Below are positions 9,246-18,235 of a stretch of DNA of 64,000 nt, in pieces (the stretch's first letter is position 1; each line of letters starts with the position of its first letter). A program made the translations under genes and the position numbers. The notes beneath the pieces were generated by a model. It saw only the letters and a list, made by a program, of their open reading frames with translations, did not search any database and was not told where the DNA came from. The stretch is taken from NCBI GenBank assembly GCA_964596525.1, contig CAZQUL010000001.1, forward strand, positions 332,830 through 396,829, written 5' to 3'. The stretch is from an uncultured Gammaproteobacteria bacterium. GTDB lineage: Bacteria; Patescibacteriota; Patescibacteriia; Magasanikbacterales; GWA2-37-8.

Positions 9246-10703
9246 TTATACTCGTTTGCTCTTCGTAAGGCGGATAATGATGGGAGTTGCGAAAAATTCA
9301 AATTCTTCACGCAAGCGGTTTTGCAGATAGTGGACGTACGAGACGTGGACCGACGTTTTGCTTTTGATGAACAGCTCGAACATGGGCGGGTTGGTGCGCA
9401 CCTGTTTGAAACCGAGCAGTTTGGGGTGACGTACGCCTTTGCCGGAACTGGGGCGATGATGACGCGTGGCACGCTGCAAGAACAGATTGAGTTCGGCTTG
9501 CGGCACGGTTGTCGTGCGGCCGCGGTACGCCTGCTTGATGAGCGGGAAAATCTGGTGCACGCGATAACCGGTTTTAGCGCTTACAAACACGATGGGAGCG
9601 AATGACAGATGCGGGAAAAGACCGTACATCTTGTCCTTAATCTGATTGCGGAATTCATCGGAATTATCATCGCTTTCATCCCACTTGTTGATGACGAGGA
9701 TAACGCTCTTGGTATGTTCGCGTAAAAGCCCTGCGAGTTGTTGGTCTTGGTCAGAAACCGGTTCGGTGGCGTCGATAACAAGCAGTACCACATCGCAGCG
9801 GTCAATGGTTTCGATGCTTTTGCCGATGCCTTTTTTTTCGAGTTCGCCTGCGACACGTGATTTGCGGCGAATACCGGCTGTGTCGATGAAGAGCAGATGA
9901 GTAGAGGAAGTTTTTTTGCTTTTCTTTTTTGGCTTCTCATCGGTTTCATCGTCAGATGCTCTTTCGATCGGTTCTTCGTCCGGATCGTTTTCTACTTCAA
10001 CGAGCACGTCGTGCGGTTCGCGCGTCGTGTGCGGCATATCGCTCACCACTACGCGATCTTCGCCGATGAGTTTGTTGAAGAGCGACGATTTGCCCACGTT
10101 CGGTTTGCCCATGATGGCGACTTTGATGGGGTCGAAATCCGTGAGCGTTTTGGGATTTTTTTTGATTTTGCGCAAATCGGTATAAATTTTGTCGAGCACG
10201 TCGCCCACGTGGGAACCGGTCGTGGCCGAAACCGCGAAGGGTACCCCGAGTCCGAGTGCGCGCCATTCCGGATCGTGGACGCGTTGGCTAAGAACGGCAG
10301 TGTCGGCTTTGTTGGCGACAAAGAGGCGGGGTTTGTGGGGATAATGTTTGTTGAGCCAGCGAGCCAGTTCTTTTTCTTGGGGCAATAACCCGTCTTGGAT
10401 GTCGGTAACGAAGACAATGATATCCGCTTCGGCGATGGCAAGCTCAGTTTGTTTGATGATGTCGCTTTCGAGCAAGACGCGTTCTGAAAACGTGAGGCCG
10501 CCGGTATCCACGATGCGAAACTCCACGCCGCGCCACGAGGCGATGGCCATGTTGCGGGTGCGCGTCGTGCCGGGGATAGAAGAAACGAGGGCGCGCTCTT
10601 CTTCGACAATGCGGTTAAACAAGGTGGATTTGCCAACGTTAACGCGGCCGACGAGGGCGACGGTCGGGATGTTGAGATCGACGATGCGGGCGGGAGTAGG
10701 CAT
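9246..10703 (-). CDS. der: ribosome-associated GTPase Der (EngA) with an acidic/lysine-rich insertion
   Basis: Two GTPase domains (GRVNVGKST and GKPNVGKSS Walker A; DTGG/DTAG) plus a C-terminal KH-like domain. Insertion DPDEEPIERASDDETDEKPKKKSKK lies between the domains. Confidence 0.9.
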   Translation of the reverse strand: MPTPARIVDLNIPTVALVGRVNVGKSTLFNRIVEEERALVSSIPGTTRTRNMAIASWRGVEFRIVDTGGLTFSERVLLESDIIKQTELAIAEADIIVFVTDIQDGLLPQEKELARWLNKHYPHKPRLFVANKADTAVLSQRVHDPEWRALGLGVPFAVSATTGSHVGDVLDKIYTDLRKIKKNPKTLTDFDPIKVAIMGKPNVGKSSLFNKLIGEDRVVVSDMPHTTREPHDVLVEVENDPDEEPIERASDDETDEKPKKKSKKTSSTHLLFIDTAGIRRKSRVAGELEKKGIGKSIETIDRCDVVLLVIDATEPVSDQDQQLAGLLREHTKSVILVINKWDESDDNSDEFRNQIKDKMYGLFPHLSFAPIVFVSAKTGYRVHQIFPLIKQAYRGRTTTVPQAELNLFLQRATRHHRPSSGKGVRHPKLLGFKQVRTNPPMFELFIKSKTSVHVSYVHYLQNRLREEFEFFATPIIIRLTKSKRV

Positions 10704-10781
10704 AGAAGTATGTAGTCTAGACTATCTACCATGCCGGGTGTGAATTGGCAAGGGAATGGAAAAGCCTGGCGAGATAACATC

Positions 10782-10911
10782 GTCATTGCGAGCGGAGCGA
10801 AGCCCGTCCGCCATGGCAGCAAAGGTGCGCCGGGCGGGCAATCCCCTTGATACCAGGGTGAGTTCAAAATACAGAGGGATTGCTTCGCTTCGTACCTCAA
10901 CTCGCAACGAC
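10782..10911. repeat. MITE-like repeat copy 1 (module A)
   Basis: TIR GTCATTGCGAG...CTCGCAACGAC. Core AGCCCGTCCGCCATGGCAGCAAAGGTGCGCCGGGCGGGCAATCCC plus stem GCAATCCC/GGGATTGC. Shared with copies at 17500, 43536 and, inverted, 37809. Confidence 0.8.
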
Positions 10912-10919
10912 AGTGAATT

Positions 10920-12527
10920 TTATCGGGTCGTTGTGGCAAAATCCGTGCCAAGGACGATAATAAGGTCGGGCGGGGTAAGTGGTTGGGTGGAAGACGCGGC
11001 CGACCACGAGCCGGAAGAAGAGGGGTTGGTATAGGGTTCGAGAATCCAGTTGGGGAGTTTAGTAATGAGGTCGAGCTGGAGTTTTTGGGCTAAAGCGCGG
11101 GCGGTCGGCGTGGCGGATTCGTTAATTACGTAGAGACCAGAGGCGCCAATGGGGCGTTCCGTAGTATTGCCGATAGAACGAACCGGGATGCCCTGCCCTT
11201 CAAGATCTTTTTTGAGCTTGGCGGCCAAACCGACTTCCCAGGTGCCGTTTTGGATTTCGAGCGCAACGAGGCGTTCGGCGAGCGAAGTGGGTTTGACGGT
11301 GATCGGCGCGGATTTGGTGGAAGTGGCGGCTGGAGTAGAGACGTCTTTGACCGTGATTCTGGTGAGCGTGGTAGAAGGGCTGAAGACGTTGGCGATAAGT
11401 TCGTTTATGGCCTTAAATGAGCCACTTCGAGGAACTAATACATCACCTAGTTGGTTGCGCACGCCGGTTAAAAGATCGCGGCCGTTGTCGTCGAGCACGA
11501 CGGTTTTTACTTTTTCGGATTCGATGGTTCGGGCAAAACCGGCCATGGCCAGAAGATCGTTGAAGGTGAGGTTGGTGCTGACATGGTTTGCAACTGAGTC
11601 CATGATATTTTTGAGCGCTACCGGGTTGCCGAGCGTGCCGAGCGATAAGACTTTTTCTTTAAGCGCGAGGAGTACTTGCTGCTGGCGGCGCGAGCGGGCA
11701 AAGTCCGATCCTTCGCCGTTTGAGCCGTGCCGCGAGCGGGCAAACATGAGGGCGCGCCGCCCGTTCATTTTTTCTTCGCCGGTCGTGAAGGAGACTTTGA
11801 GGTAGCGGCACGGGCTCGCTTCGGTTTCGCCCACACAATCAGCACCCTCGGCTTTGCCTGGGTTGGGATAGCGGTAATCGACGAAACTTTTGCCGACATT
11901 CACCGTAATTCCGCCCACCGCATCGATAATGTCTTCGAACGCTTTAAAATCCACGCGAATGTAGTAGGGGATCGGCGTTTCAAACTGTTCAGCGAAGAAT
12001 TGGCGGGAGAGTTCGGGGCCAAGGCCGGGGTTGCGGAGTTCATTATATGCATGTACTGCATTGATTTTTTGGTAATTGTAGACCGGCATTTTTACCATGA
12101 GGTCGCGCGGGATAGAGATGAGAGCGACGTCTTTGGTGGTGGGACGGATACTCGCGATAATGTTGGTGTCACTTAGATTAGAGCCTTCGTGGCCTGGGCC
12201 GCCAATGCCAAGGAGTAAAATATTGATGCGATCATTTTCTTCACCGACAAGCGGCAGGCGTTCGCCGAAGAAGAAGTTCTTGAGCGAAGAGAAAATAGTG
12301 TTCTTTTGCGGGGTGAGAGTAATGTCTTCGGTCTGCAACCCTGTTGGTTCCGAATCATCTTTATATAAAAGGAAACTCCCGATGATAATGCCGAGTACAA
12401 TCACAAAAAGAGCCGCCGCCGCGATGAGGAGTTTTTTTGTCCGCGCGGGGGAGGGCGGTTTTTCGAAGGTGGCTGAAGAAGTTCCAAAAGAATAGCGTCG
12501 CAACATAGAATGGAGGAATTGTACCAC
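10920..12527 (-). CDS. LytR-CpsA-Psr (LCP) family cell-envelope phosphotransferase with C-terminal LytR_C-like domain
   Basis: N-terminal TM anchor. LCP core INILLLGIG...SDTNIIASI...ISIPRD. Long Ser/Thr-rich C-terminal extension. Confidence 0.85.
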   Translation of the reverse strand: MVQFLHSMLRRYSFGTSSATFEKPPSPARTKKLLIAAAALFVIVLGIIIGSFLLYKDDSEPTGLQTEDITLTPQKNTIFSSLKNFFFGERLPLVGEENDRINILLLGIGGPGHEGSNLSDTNIIASIRPTTKDVALISIPRDLMVKMPVYNYQKINAVHAYNELRNPGLGPELSRQFFAEQFETPIPYYIRVDFKAFEDIIDAVGGITVNVGKSFVDYRYPNPGKAEGADCVGETEASPCRYLKVSFTTGEEKMNGRRALMFARSRHGSNGEGSDFARSRRQQQVLLALKEKVLSLGTLGNPVALKNIMDSVANHVSTNLTFNDLLAMAGFARTIESEKVKTVVLDDNGRDLLTGVRNQLGDVLVPRSGSFKAINELIANVFSPSTTLTRITVKDVSTPAATSTKSAPITVKPTSLAERLVALEIQNGTWEVGLAAKLKKDLEGQGIPVRSIGNTTERPIGASGLYVINESATPTARALAQKLQLDLITKLPNWILEPYTNPSSSGSWSAASSTQPLTPPDLIIVLGTDFATTTR

Positions 12528-12581
12528 ACTTGGGAAGGGGGCTCAATGTTTGAATAAAAAGAATTGAAGCACGGATTTTCG

Positions 12582-12694
12582 CCGTTGCGTGAAGCGAGTT
12601 AGACGAGCGACTCGTCTGGGCGGGCAATCCCTCAGTAATTCAGAATTCACATTAATATTAAGGGGATTGCCTCGTCGTTCCTCCTCGCAGTGAC
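12582..12694. repeat. MITE-like repeat copy 2 (divergent variant)
   Basis: Shares GGGCGGGCAATCCC...GGGGATTGCCTCGTCGTTCCTCCTCGCAGTGAC with the other copies. Left arm is replaced by the hairpin AGACGAGCGACTCGTCT. Confidence 0.6.
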
Positions 12695-12780
12695 AGTGCT
12701 ACATATATTGCGTTTCATAGCCCTTGCCACTCCAAACACCCTATGTTACTGTGATAGCAGCTTATCCGCTCTTTCCGCAT

Positions 12781-12854
12781 GGTCGTGTAGCTCAGTTGGT
12801 TAGAGCATTGCATTCACATTGCAAGGGTCACTGGTTCGAGTCCAGTCACGACTA
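12781..12854 (+). tRNA. tRNA-Val (anticodon CAC)
   Basis: Manual fold: acceptor GGTCGTG/CACGACT, D-arm GCTC/GAGC, anticodon stem TTGCA/TGCAA with loop TTCACAT, T-arm ACTGG-TTCGAGT-CCAGT. No encoded CCA. Confidence 0.85.
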
Positions 12855-12898
12855 CATTTTTTGCCTTCATTTGATCATTAATTACTTTCGCTTGTCGT

Positions 12899-13402
12899 AT
12901 GCCGCGTGATCTTGGTCGCGAAGATGTGCCGCTCGGCACGATTCATCATCAGTGGATTATTAAAGAATACCGTCAGTACGAGCGCAGTAAGACGTGGTAC
13001 CTCATCGTCGGACTCATCGGGGCGGCGTTACTTGCGTACGCGCTTCTTAGTAACAATAACTCGTTTGCGGTTATTATCGTGCTTGCTGCGGTTATATTGT
13101 ATCTCAATGAGCACCAGCGGCCGCTCGAGCTTAACTTTGCGCTCACGGATGCTGGCATAGTACTTGGCGAAAAAGTGTACACTTACCGCGAAGCCGAACG
13201 GTTCTGGATCGTGTATGAGCCGGGTGACGTGCAGGCGCTCTATCTTGTGCTCAAAGGAGTTGTGAAGAAAAATGTCACGATTCCGCTTGAAGGCAATGAC
13301 CCGCGACCGATCCGCCAGTTCCTTATCCGCTTCGTGCGCGAAGACGTGAATGGCGAAGAGCCGCTCTCGGATCGGTTGTCCCGTATCTTTAAGATACAGT
13401 AA
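12899..13402 (+). CDS. hypothetical membrane protein (two TM helices, possible bacterial PH-like domain)
   Basis: Two adjacent hydrophobic helices followed by a roughly 90-aa soluble domain. Lies between two tRNA genes. Confidence 0.55.
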   Translation: MPRDLGREDVPLGTIHHQWIIKEYRQYERSKTWYLIVGLIGAALLAYALLSNNNSFAVIIVLAAVILYLNEHQRPLELNFALTDAGIVLGEKVYTYREAERFWIVYEPGDVQALYLVLKGVVKKNVTIPLEGNDPRPIRQFLIRFVREDVNGEEPLSDRLSRIFKIQ

Positions 13403-13455
13403 CTCTTGACGTCGGGGCTAAAGTGGGGTACAACCAGTACGTCACGTACTGAGTT

Positions 13456-13527
13456 GCATCCATCGTTCAATGGATAGGACATGGGTTTGCGGAACCCAAA
13501 ATCTAGGTTCGATTCCTAGTGGATGCA
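13456..13527 (+). tRNA. tRNA-Arg (anticodon GCG, unusual)
   Basis: Manual fold: acceptor GCATCCA/TGGATGC, D-arm GTTC/GGAC with A20, anticodon stem TGGGT/ACCCA with loop TTGCGGA (U33, G34 C35 G36), T-arm CTAGG-TTCGATT-CCTAG, discriminator A. Confidence 0.7.
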
Positions 13528-13685
13528 CGAAATCTTCAAACCAACCATCGACATGCTCGGTGGTTGGTTTGTTTTTCAATAATATTCATATTCACCCGAC
13601 CGTTGACAGAACAGGGTAGGCATGCCAGTCTGTGCCATCCGAAGCACGCCGTTTCGGATGTTTGAAACCCCAAAGGAGTCTGAAG

Positions 13686-14126
13686 ATGAAGCGAAAGATG
13701 CTAGTAGGCGCCGTAGTTATGGGAGCTTGCTCGTTTATTGGCTGCGCGAGCACGCCGCCAGTTCAGGTGTTTTACCGGCCGCTTACCCGCTCCACGCTCA
13801 TGTCGCGTGTGGATGCTGAAATCCACAAGCGCGTGATGTTCGCGGTTAAGAAGGAATGCAGTTACGATCCGCGTCGCCTTGAGAATGCCCCGGATTCTGA
13901 TGAGCGGCCCCGTATGTGCATGACGCTCGATGAAAAATCATGCCGATTGGTTCTCTTGCGACAGATGCACCGGGTCGCTGATGTTATTAACATGGACATA
14001 ATGACTCAGTGCGCGTCAGCCCGGACTGATTGTCTGCATGGTGTATACGTGGCGGTTAGGGATTATCCCACGGAAAACTACACCTGCATCGCGATCGATT
14101 CCCGGGATTCGCTTCCTCGTGAGTAG
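13686..14126 (+). CDS. hypothetical lipoprotein
   Basis: AAGGAG Shine-Dalgarno. MKRKMLVGAVVMGACSFIGCAS lipoprotein signal. Cys-rich mature part. Confidence 0.6.
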   Translation: MKRKMLVGAVVMGACSFIGCASTPPVQVFYRPLTRSTLMSRVDAEIHKRVMFAVKKECSYDPRRLENAPDSDERPRMCMTLDEKSCRLVLLRQMHRVADVINMDIMTQCASARTDCLHGVYVAVRDYPTENYTCIAIDSRDSLPRE

Positions 14127-14174
14127 GTGAAACAAGAGTCGTAAGATAAAGAATACAGTGATAAGGAGAGTATC

Positions 14175-14588
14175 GTGAAAAAGATACGTACCATGCTGTT
14201 TAGTTCCTTGTTGTTTTGTGCCTGCGCACACACGGCGCCGTCGGTGGGAACCACTCCTTCCGTTCTGGCACCGCCCACGCAGGAGGAATTGCGCGAGACG
14301 ATTATCCGCGCCACCACCGCGACCAAGACGGCCTGCAACAATCCCGGCGATCGTTTTCTAGAAATGGATGAGGCGAGGGATGGCAAGGTTCTCTGCCTTG
14401 TCTCGATGGTGGTGAGCTGCCGCGAGCGCTTCAAAATCGAGATGGGTATGGCGACCACTATGGCGAATCGCCTGCAAGAAGCATGCAGTCGCGGTGCGTC
14501 GGGAGTCGGCTGTGATGACCATCCTGGAAATCGGTATGTGGTCGTCGATGACAAGACCCTAAACCGGGCCTGCGTCGAGGTCCGGTAG
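14175..14588 (+). CDS. hypothetical lipoprotein
   Basis: GTG start after AAGGAGAG. Signal LLFCACAHT. Several Cys, loosely similar to the upstream lipoprotein. Confidence 0.6.
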   Translation: MKKIRTMLFSSLLFCACAHTAPSVGTTPSVLAPPTQEELRETIIRATTATKTACNNPGDRFLEMDEARDGKVLCLVSMVVSCRERFKIEMGMATTMANRLQEACSRGASGVGCDDHPGNRYVVVDDKTLNRACVEVR

Positions 14589-14750
14589 TCCGCCGCGGTA
14601 TAATTGCGGGAAGGTTGCTTCCTGCGGTTGGCCGCGGTTTTTTTGTTTTAATTCCGGCTGTGTTATGCTATTCATCCCGTAGTATCCTTGACATGTTTGA
14701 CCGACCTTTTTAGTATCTATCTTGCTTCACAACAACGAAAGGTTGAAATC

Positions 14751-15137
14751 ATGTTTGAGAACCTACGCCGCCGTCTTTCTGCCGCCCCTTTTTCCGCCCT
14801 CATGGTTCTGGTTTCTGCTGATGCATTGATTGGTCGTTGCAGTGGTGAGCCTTCAATTACGACACACACCACGACACGTGCGGAGCTGATTGATGGTCGC
14901 GGCCGCCAGGATGTCTACTTCCAGTGCGGCAAGCCGGCCGGCGTAGCCCGCGCTTATGTGCTGCAGCACCAAGGCCAGATCGCGGAGAACGCAGCTACGT
15001 ATTTCGGCGTTCAGGCCGATCGTCTGGGAATGGTTCAGGGCGTGCGCGAGATAACGGATCCGCAGGGCAGCGTTGATACCTACTACTGCATCGGTTATTG
15101 GAATATGCTTGCCGCTTCGCCGCCTGGCTCCCACTAA
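14751..15137 (+). CDS. hypothetical secreted protein
   Basis: ATG 14751 with AAAGG upstream. Signal-peptide-like N-terminus FSALMVLVSADALIGRCSG. The longer track ORF from 14688 lacks a Shine-Dalgarno. Confidence 0.5.
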   Translation: MFENLRRRLSAAPFSALMVLVSADALIGRCSGEPSITTHTTTRAELIDGRGRQDVYFQCGKPAGVARAYVLQHQGQIAENAATYFGVQADRLGMVQGVREITDPQGSVDTYYCIGYWNMLAASPPGSH

Positions 15138-15148
15138 TGTAGAATAAC

Positions 15149-15182
15149 GCCTTCCACGCTCATGGAAGGCCTTTATTTTTTT
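15149..15182 (+). terminator. rho-independent terminator
   Basis: GCCTTCCA-cgctca-TGGAAGGC followed by CTTTATTTTTTT. Confidence 0.8.
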
Positions 15183-15249
15183 AGATTCGCAGGGTATTGA
15201 TTGACACGATCACCCTCTCTTCCTTACAATAGCAACGTTTATCCCTATT

Positions 15250-17484
15250 TTGCGTATGAAAACGCTCGTCATCGTCGAGTCGCCGACCAAGGCCAAAACT
15301 ATCAGCAAATTTTTGGGCCGAAATTTCATCGTCAAATCATCGTTCGGCCATGTGCGCGATTTGCCGAAAAGCAAACTCGGCGTTGATGTTGAAGATAATT
15401 TTGAGCCAACGTACGTAGTAAGCACGGATAAAAAAGAGGTGGTGAAAGAATTAACCGAGGCGGCCAAAAAATCCGACATAGTACTCTTTGCAACTGATGA
15501 GGACCGCGAAGGCGAAGCGATTTCGTTTCATTTGAGTGCGTTACTCGGTATTGAACCAACCGACGCGAAACGCGTGACGTTCCACGAAATTACCAAAGAC
15601 GCGATCGTGAAAGCCTTTGAGCACCCGCGCGCGCTCGATATTAAACTCGTTGATGCACAGCAGGCCCGTCGCGTGCTTGACCGGTTGGTGGGGTACGAAC
15701 TCTCGCCGTTTTTATGGCGCAAGGTGGCCAAAGGGCTTTCGGCCGGCCGGGTGCAATCGGTTGCGGTGCGCCTCGTTGTCGAACGCGAACGCGAAATCCG
15801 CGCCTTTATTCCGCAGGAATACTGGAGCATCGAAGGATTATTCTCGCCGAAGAGCAAAGAAGAATTTGCGGCCAAACTCACGTCGATCGCGGGTAAAAAA
15901 CTTGACAAGTTCGACATTAAAAACCAAACCGAAGCGGACACCATCGTCGCAGCGCTCAAAGGACAAACGTATTCTGTCACGAGCGTGGAACAAAAAAATA
16001 CGTCGCGCGCTCCGAACGCCCCATTCACTACGTCCAGTTTGCAACAAGAAGCCAATAACCAGCTCGGGTACTCGGCCAAACTCACCATGCGCATCGCGCA
16101 GAAACTCTATGAAGGCGTGGAGCTCGGGAGCGAAGGTCATATCGGTCTCATCACCTACATGAGAACCGACGCCGTGAACTTGTCGGATAATTTTTTGAAC
16201 GATGCTGCAGCCGTAGTGCTCGAAGACTTCGGTAAAGAATACGCCTTGCCCGAACCGCGCCGCTTTAAGAATAAAAGCAAGAACGCGCAAGAAGCGCACG
16301 AAGCGATTCGTCCGACGGATGCCAAGCGCACGCCGGCGCTCGTCAAACCGTTTTTGGCGCCGCAGGAATTCCGGTTGTACGAACTTATTTGGAAACGTGC
16401 GGTGGCGACCCAGATGGCCGATGCCAAACTCCTTAACCAGAGCGTGGATCTCATGAGTGCCAATAACTACGGATTCCGCGCCACAGGGCAAACTATCGTC
16501 TTTGACGGTTTCCTTAAACTCTTCCCGGAAAAAAGCAAAGAGAATTTGCTGCCGCCCCTCACTGAAGGTGAAGCGGTTACGTGCACGAAGCTTACGCCTG
16601 AACAGCACTTTACCGAACCGCCGGCCCGCTATAGCGACGCCACCCTTGTCAAAGCGCTCGAAGAATACGGTATTGGTCGCCCGTCCACCTATGCGCCCAC
16701 CATCGCCACCATCGAAGACCGCGGTTACGTAGTGCGTGATGAAAAAAAGCGCCTGGGCCCGACCGACATCGCCTACATCGTCAACGACGTGCTTGTCGAA
16801 CATTTTCCGCATGTCGTGGATTTTCAGTTCACCGCGAATATGGAACAAGAGCTCGACGATATTGCTGAAGGCACCAAAGAATGGCGGCCGGTCATCAAAG
16901 CATTCTATGTTCCCTTCCACGATAATTTAAAAAAGAAAGAAAAAGAGATTGATAAAAAAGAACTCACCGAAATCCCGACCGACGAAGTATGCGATAAGTG
17001 CGGCAAACCGATGGTTGCCAAAACCGGTCGCTTCGGACGATTTTTGGCCTGCACGGGTTACCCGGAATGCAAGAGCACCAAACCGCTCGACGCCGCGCTC
17101 GGCAAAACCACTCCTGAAATGGAACTTACGGATGTGGTCTGCGAAAAATGCGGATCGAAGATGCAGGTGAAGCACGGCCGCTTCGGACCGTTTCTTGGCT
17201 GCTCCAACTATCCTGATTGCAAGAACATCAAACCGATCGAAAAGAAAATCGGCGTGAAATGCCCGGTGTGTAAAGAGGGTGATCTTATTGAACGCAAAAC
17301 CAAACGCGGACGCTTTTTTTACGGCTGCAACCGCTACCCAAAATGTGAAGCAGCGTTTTGGGAAAAACCCAACGGTGAGAGTTGTCCGAAATGCAAATCG
17401 CCTTTAACGCAGAATGCGAAGGGTGTGGTGAAATGTAGTAATAAAGAATGTGATTATAAGAAAGAGGTTGAGAGTGAGAGTTAA
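15250..17484 (+). CDS. topA: DNA topoisomerase I with C-terminal zinc-ribbon repeats
   Basis: Toprim start MKTLVIVESPTKAKTI. Active-site region and topo IA core. Three to four C4 zinc ribbons (CDKCGKPM..CTGYPEC etc.) at the C-terminus. Start may be 15256. Confidence 0.95.
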   Translation: MRMKTLVIVESPTKAKTISKFLGRNFIVKSSFGHVRDLPKSKLGVDVEDNFEPTYVVSTDKKEVVKELTEAAKKSDIVLFATDEDREGEAISFHLSALLGIEPTDAKRVTFHEITKDAIVKAFEHPRALDIKLVDAQQARRVLDRLVGYELSPFLWRKVAKGLSAGRVQSVAVRLVVEREREIRAFIPQEYWSIEGLFSPKSKEEFAAKLTSIAGKKLDKFDIKNQTEADTIVAALKGQTYSVTSVEQKNTSRAPNAPFTTSSLQQEANNQLGYSAKLTMRIAQKLYEGVELGSEGHIGLITYMRTDAVNLSDNFLNDAAAVVLEDFGKEYALPEPRRFKNKSKNAQEAHEAIRPTDAKRTPALVKPFLAPQEFRLYELIWKRAVATQMADAKLLNQSVDLMSANNYGFRATGQTIVFDGFLKLFPEKSKENLLPPLTEGEAVTCTKLTPEQHFTEPPARYSDATLVKALEEYGIGRPSTYAPTIATIEDRGYVVRDEKKRLGPTDIAYIVNDVLVEHFPHVVDFQFTANMEQELDDIAEGTKEWRPVIKAFYVPFHDNLKKKEKEIDKKELTEIPTDEVCDKCGKPMVAKTGRFGRFLACTGYPECKSTKPLDAALGKTTPEMELTDVVCEKCGSKMQVKHGRFGPFLGCSNYPDCKNIKPIEKKIGVKCPVCKEGDLIERKTKRGRFFYGCNRYPKCEAAFWEKPNGESCPKCKSPLTQNAKGVVKCSNKECDYKKEVESES

Positions 17485-17499
17485 AAGTTTGTTAATACT

Positions 17500-17638
17500 G
17501 TCATTGCGAGGAGTGTAACGACGTAGCCCGTCCGCCATGGCAGCACAGCGTGCCGGGGGGCAATCCCTTCGTACTTCAGAGCTCACTCTTGGATCAAGGA
17601 GATTGCTTCGTCGTTCGTCTGACTCACTCCCCGCAATG
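17500..17638. repeat. MITE-like repeat copy 3 (module A)
   Basis: GTCATTGCGAGGAGTG...AGCCCGTCCGCCATGGCAGCACAGCGTGCCGGGGGGCAATCCC...GAGATTGCTTCGTCG...CCCCGCAATGAA. Its right end overlaps the ATG 17636 of the next gene. Confidence 0.8.
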
Positions 17639-18148
17639 AAAAAGATTTCATTGCCGTACTCCATGTCTCCGTCGTCGCGCGTCAATCGACCGATCATCGC
17701 TACCGTGCTTATCGTGTTTCTCTTTACGTTCATCGTATCGCGGCTTTTCGTGTACCTCGTGCTTGGGCACCTGATGCCGAATTTCTTTTTGGAAATCGGT
17801 GGTGTGCATGTGCATCATTTTACGTACGGCGTATTCGTGCTCTCCATCTGCGGCATGGTTCTTCTCATCAAACGGCCGGTTGTCGGGTCAGCGCTGTTTC
17901 GCATACTCACGGTGGCGTACGGCGTAGGGATCGGCCTCACCTTCGACGAGTTCGGCATGTGGATCCGGCTTGAAGATAATTATTGGGTACGGCAAAGTTA
18001 TGACGCTATCATCATCACTCTTCTTGTTTTGCTTAACATTACGTTTTGGCATGAAATAAAACTTCTGACGCGGGAGTTTGTCGGCATGCTGCGGCATATC
18101 GGCCAATCGTGCGACCGGTATATTATTAAAAAACTGCGGGGGCGCTAG
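17636..18148 (+). CDS. hypothetical membrane protein
   Basis: MKKISLPYSM... with about 4 TM segments. The track ORF from 17537 reads through the repeat element. The real start is probably ATG 17636 at the repeat edge. Confidence 0.55.
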   Translation: MKKISLPYSMSPSSRVNRPIIATVLIVFLFTFIVSRLFVYLVLGHLMPNFFLEIGGVHVHHFTYGVFVLSICGMVLLIKRPVVGSALFRILTVAYGVGIGLTFDEFGMWIRLEDNYWVRQSYDAIIITLLVLLNITFWHEIKLLTREFVGMLRHIGQSCDRYIIKKLRGR

Positions 18149-18235
18149 GGTGAGTGCAAGTTTTCCCCCTTAACATTGACAGAATCAGAATCCTCAACTA
18201 GGTTTTGAAGGCACTCAACTAAGAGGAGGTCTGCG

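Noticed and set aside
10049-10951. 300-aa minus-strand ORF overlapping der in another frame and crossing MITE copy 1
   Set aside because: Pro/Ser-rich low complexity that runs through a repeat element. der, in the other frame, has full GTPase motifs.
15838-16920. 360-aa minus-strand ORF inside topA
   Set aside because: Antisense shadow ORF. topA on the + strand is unambiguous over its full length.
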